Source: Candidatus Omnitrophota bacterium (GTDB lineage: Bacteria; Omnitrophota; Gorgyraeia; Gygaellales; Profunditerraquicolaceae). From it: DNA of 64,000 bases. The notes under the pieces were generated by a model. The model did not search any database. It saw only the letters and a program-made list of their open reading frames with translations, and was not told the DNA's origin. The position numbers and the translations under genes are program-made. Below, piece by piece: positions 60,845 to 64,000 of the stretch (positions are counted from its first letter, which is position 1; the number at the start of each line of letters is the position of its first letter). The stretch covers positions 97,947 to 161,946 of the forward strand of contig JAZDMX010000003.1 of assembly GCA_043800555.1 (NCBI GenBank). The letters are read 5' to 3'.

Positions 60845-61996
60845 ATGTTGTCCAGAGACAGAAAAAGAAAACTGGTGGTTGCCCCTTTTTTAGTTATAGA
60901 AAGGTTCTTTTCCAGGCGTAATCGTAAGCCCGCCGGGCTTTCGGGATTAAAAAAAGCCTTAATTGTAGAAATCTGGGGAATCGGTGACCTCGCCATGATG
61001 ACTTCGGTCATCGGTCCTCTAAGGAAAAGTTTCCCGGAAGCCAGTTTTGATTTGTTGTGCAAGCCTTTGGCAAGAAACATCCTGGCAGGCCAAGGGTTCT
61101 TTAGCGAATTTATCTGTTTTGATTTTCCGTGGACGCGTTTTCATGGCAAATACAGGATTTGGAATTGGGATTGGCTTGGCATTATAAGGCTGATTATGAG
61201 GCTTAGGAAGGCCAGGTATGATTTGATTATTGACGCTCGGGGAGACCCCAGGAATAATTTGCTTTCTTTCCTTATAAACGCCAGAAGGCGCCTGGGCTAC
61301 GATTGGTCCGGAGGAGGGATTTTTCTTACGGATGTGTTGGGCCTTGATTACCGCGATAAACATAGGGTTGAAGCCTGGTTAAATATACTGGATTATTTAA
61401 AACTTGATATATCCGAAGCCCGTCCTAAATTATGCGTTACGCAAAAGAGCCGGAAGCAGGCGGAAGAATTATTGAATGGCTTTGGCATTACAAAGGAAAA
61501 CTTGCTTGTGGGTATCCACCCCGGCGCCAGGATAAAAACAAGGCGTTGGGATATTAAAAAGTTTGCCAGGGTAGCCGAATATGCCAGAGACAAATATAAG
61601 GCTAGAATTATAGTTTTTGTGGAGCCGCAAGGCTATGGGGAGGATATTCCGATAGAGGGGGATTTTTTGAAGTTAAAGTGTTCCCTGGACAATTTGGCAG
61701 CCGTAATAAAAAGGTTGAACCTGTTAGTTTGTAACGACGGCGGCCCTATGCATATTGCTGCCGCCTTGGAGGTGCCGGTCATTGGTGTATTTGGCCCTAC
61801 CAATCCCGTAAAGTTTGGGCCGTATAGCGATAACAGCACCGTTATTATCGATAATTCCTTCTCTTGCCGCCCTTGTTTTGATTATTGTAGTTACCCCGAA
61901 GCGCTATGCCTGGCAGGAATAGATGCCCGGGAAGTAATGGCAAAGATGGATAAGTATTTTGGCGGCCATTCAAGAGGTAATAATCAATATGCTTAA
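60845..61996 (+). CDS. GT9 (heptosyltransferase-family) glycosyltransferase
   Basis: GIGDL, IHPGA..RRW, NDGGPMHIAAA, FGPT, C.PC. Confidence 0.88.
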   Translation: MLSRDRKRKLVVAPFLVIERFFSRRNRKPAGLSGLKKALIVEIWGIGDLAMMTSVIGPLRKSFPEASFDLLCKPLARNILAGQGFFSEFICFDFPWTRFHGKYRIWNWDWLGIIRLIMRLRKARYDLIIDARGDPRNNLLSFLINARRRLGYDWSGGGIFLTDVLGLDYRDKHRVEAWLNILDYLKLDISEARPKLCVTQKSRKQAEELLNGFGITKENLLVGIHPGARIKTRRWDIKKFARVAEYARDKYKARIIVFVEPQGYGEDIPIEGDFLKLKCSLDNLAAVIKRLNLLVCNDGGPMHIAAALEVPVIGVFGPTNPVKFGPYSDNSTVIIDNSFSCRPCFDYCSYPEALCLAGIDAREVMAKMDKYFGGHSRGNNQYA

Positions 61997-63509
61997 GGCC
62001 ATATTAAATTTCTATAATGAATTCATCATAGTTGTATTTTGCTTATTCTTGTTCGGGGTTTTATCCTTTGGCAGGGCTTTTTCCGTCCTTTGCATCGGGA
62101 CTCCCGCCTTTCCCTTATTTGTAACGGAGCTAGTCCTAATTTTGAGCCTGCCTTTTATTTTTATAAATTACAAGGCGGTAAGAAGCATTGACGGGAGGCT
62201 GCTTATCGCCTGGGGTATTTATTTTCTTTACGGATGTTTTTATATGGCTTTAGGGCTTTTGAAAGGGAACCTGTTTGCCTTAAGGGACGTTACGTTGTTT
62301 GGGTATACGCTTTTTTTCCTGTTAAGTTTTATCATTTTCTCAAACGAAAACGAATGGGATAAAATACTTGTTCCGTTTGTTTTATTTGCCAACTTCGTCA
62401 TAATTATGGTAAGCAGGATGTCCCTCCTCCAGGTTTTTGCAACGGAAGGCTTAAAAGAAGCGGTCAGTAAAACAAAGGTTTTTCATTTTGGCCTGCATTA
62501 CGGGGTAATTGCCTGTATTTTGCTTTCTTTGCTTAATAGCGTTAAAGATACAAGGACAAAACTGGTTATAAAGATATTGCTTACGCTGGATGTATATATG
62601 CTGGTTATTTTTGGCAACCGGTCTATCTGGCTGGCTTGTTTGGCCGCCCTAGCATTTTTTATATTATTCCTGAAGACGAAGCTCTTGAAGAACCTGGTTA
62701 TGCTGCTGCCGTTTTTTATCATAATCTTAAGCGTTTTATGCCTTATGGATTTTGGTATCTTGAAAATCAGCCAGCAGAAATTAATTTTATCAAAAGCAAA
62801 GAGTTTCGGTTATTTTATAACCGGAAGGTTAGTTTCCAAAAGGGTAGCTGTTCCGGAAAGTGCAGGCCCAGTAAATGAGGCGCCCAGGAAAATTTTCTCC
62901 GAGCGGGTTTATCTGGCCGGTAGTTCCAAGGCCCAAAAGCTAAGAAACGCCGGGGAAGGGCCTTTGGGGCTTCCTGCCAAAGCAGGAGTTGCCGGGCCTG
63001 CGCCCCGCGTTGTTCCTGAATCGCTAAGGTGCGGTTTCCTTAACATATTATGGCGCCTGGATATCTGGGAGCAATCTATTGCTTTTGGCATGAAAAGCCC
63101 TTTATGGGGAAGAGGGTTTGGCGTGTATCCCGAATACTTAATATGGGGAGGCCATGCCCCTGCTCCGGAGAGAATCGGGGCAGATTCCGGGGTCATCCCG
63201 GTCCACAACTACTTAATTACTATTTTCTATAAAATGGGGATTCTGGGATTGGCGTTATTCCTCTATATCAACATTTTTGTTTTATATTCAGGCATTAAGT
63301 ATGTAAATAAATGCAGATCCGTATTCGCCAGGTACTTTCTTATCAGCACATTGGGCGCTTGCATTTTTTGGCACACTATGGCTTTTTTCTTTGATGTTAT
63401 AGATTCTCCTCCGACAAGCATATTTATATGGATTCTAATGGGCATGGTTATAGCGGTCATAGAAACAGATAAAAACGGGCGCTTTAATTGCCGTAGTAAA
63501 CTATTATGA
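61989..63509 (+). CDS. O-antigen ligase/polymerase-like membrane protein
   Basis: Many TM; RSIW, WRLDIW, PLWGRGFG, HN..GILG; ATG 61989 after GAGGT. Confidence 0.78.
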   Translation: MLKAILNFYNEFIIVVFCLFLFGVLSFGRAFSVLCIGTPAFPLFVTELVLILSLPFIFINYKAVRSIDGRLLIAWGIYFLYGCFYMALGLLKGNLFALRDVTLFGYTLFFLLSFIIFSNENEWDKILVPFVLFANFVIIMVSRMSLLQVFATEGLKEAVSKTKVFHFGLHYGVIACILLSLLNSVKDTRTKLVIKILLTLDVYMLVIFGNRSIWLACLAALAFFILFLKTKLLKNLVMLLPFFIIILSVLCLMDFGILKISQQKLILSKAKSFGYFITGRLVSKRVAVPESAGPVNEAPRKIFSERVYLAGSSKAQKLRNAGEGPLGLPAKAGVAGPAPRVVPESLRCGFLNILWRLDIWEQSIAFGMKSPLWGRGFGVYPEYLIWGGHAPAPERIGADSGVIPVHNYLITIFYKMGILGLALFLYINIFVLYSGIKYVNKCRSVFARYFLISTLGACIFWHTMAFFFDVIDSPPTSIFIWILMGMVIAVIETDKNGRFNCRSKLL

Positions 63510-64000
63510 AGGCCAAAAGCGATATTCCTGCCTTAGGCCTTTTGGCAAAGAAGGCGGGGTATAGATTAAAGGTTTTTTATTACCTAACCCGTTTTAGGCG
63601 CAATTGCCCCGAAGGCAAGCTTCCCGTAGGCCTTGCCGGTTGCGGTAATTTTGTTAAATGTGCTTATCTGCCCGCACTAAATAGCAGGAATTGCCCCGTT
63701 TATGTTTCCGGTTTATACAGTCGTCTAAAAGAAAAGACGGCGCTTATCCGGAGGATGTTGCGATACGAAAATAGCCATTTTGATTCATATCCGGATTTGC
63801 TTAATTCCGGCATTAAAGGCGTACTTATAGCATTGCCCAATCACCTGCATTTCCAGCGCATAATCGACGCGCTGGAGAATAATATTGATGTTTTTTGCGA
63901 GAAACCGTTGGTTAATGATTTGAAGGATGCTTATGCCCTCCGGAATTTCGTCAATAAAACAAAAATGGTCCTGATGGCCGGTTTTAACCAAAGATATACG
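63506..64000 (+). CDS. Gfo/Idh/MocA oxidoreductase (partial, runs off window; not in ORF track)
   Basis: Manual translation from ATG 63506: VGLAGCGNF, PNHLH, VFCEKP, GFNQRY; no stop before 64000. Confidence 0.85.
   Translation, partial: MKAKSDIPALGLLAKKAGYRLKVFYYLTRFRRNCPEGKLPVGLAGCGNFVKCAYLPALNSRNCPVYVSGLYSRLKEKTALIRRMLRYENSHFDSYPDLLNSGIKGVLIALPNHLHFQRIIDALENNIDVFCEKPLVNDLKDAYALRNFVNKTKMVLMAGFNQRYT

Overview
Bacterial genomic window in which every credible gene (about 57 CDS) lies on the + strand, mostly translationally coupled. Gene content and style suggest Candidatus Omnitrophota (OP3) or a related lineage; this is inference, not tested. Block 1 (93-7503): a TMTC-like GT-C/TPR glycosyltransferase, two pilin-like genes and a pilMNOPQ operon. 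Block 2 (7543-19767): housekeeping genes (TIGR03936 protein, RNase E/G, rplU, obgE, proB, proA, nadD, rpe, phosphomannomutase, plsC, rpsA, tyrS, SemiSWEET). rpmA (bL27) is absent from its usual place between rplU and obgE. Block 3 (19794 to beyond 64000): a surface-polysaccharide locus of more than 44 kb with dTDP-rhamnose genes using a plant/giant-virus-type NRS/ER enzyme, gmd/fcl, Wzm/Wzt export, a nonulosonate module, a GDP-6-deoxy-heptose module with a split transketolase, a C-methyl/amino-sugar module, glycosyltransferases and an O-antigen ligase-like gene. The best candidate for an undescribed system is the set of three cobalamin-dependent radical SAM enzymes embedded in these sugar modules. 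Several intergenic spacers carry REP-like palindromes, and two may have entered coding sequence. No tRNA, rRNA, CRISPR array, integrase or transposase was seen. All calls come from motif recognition by eye; no database searches were run.
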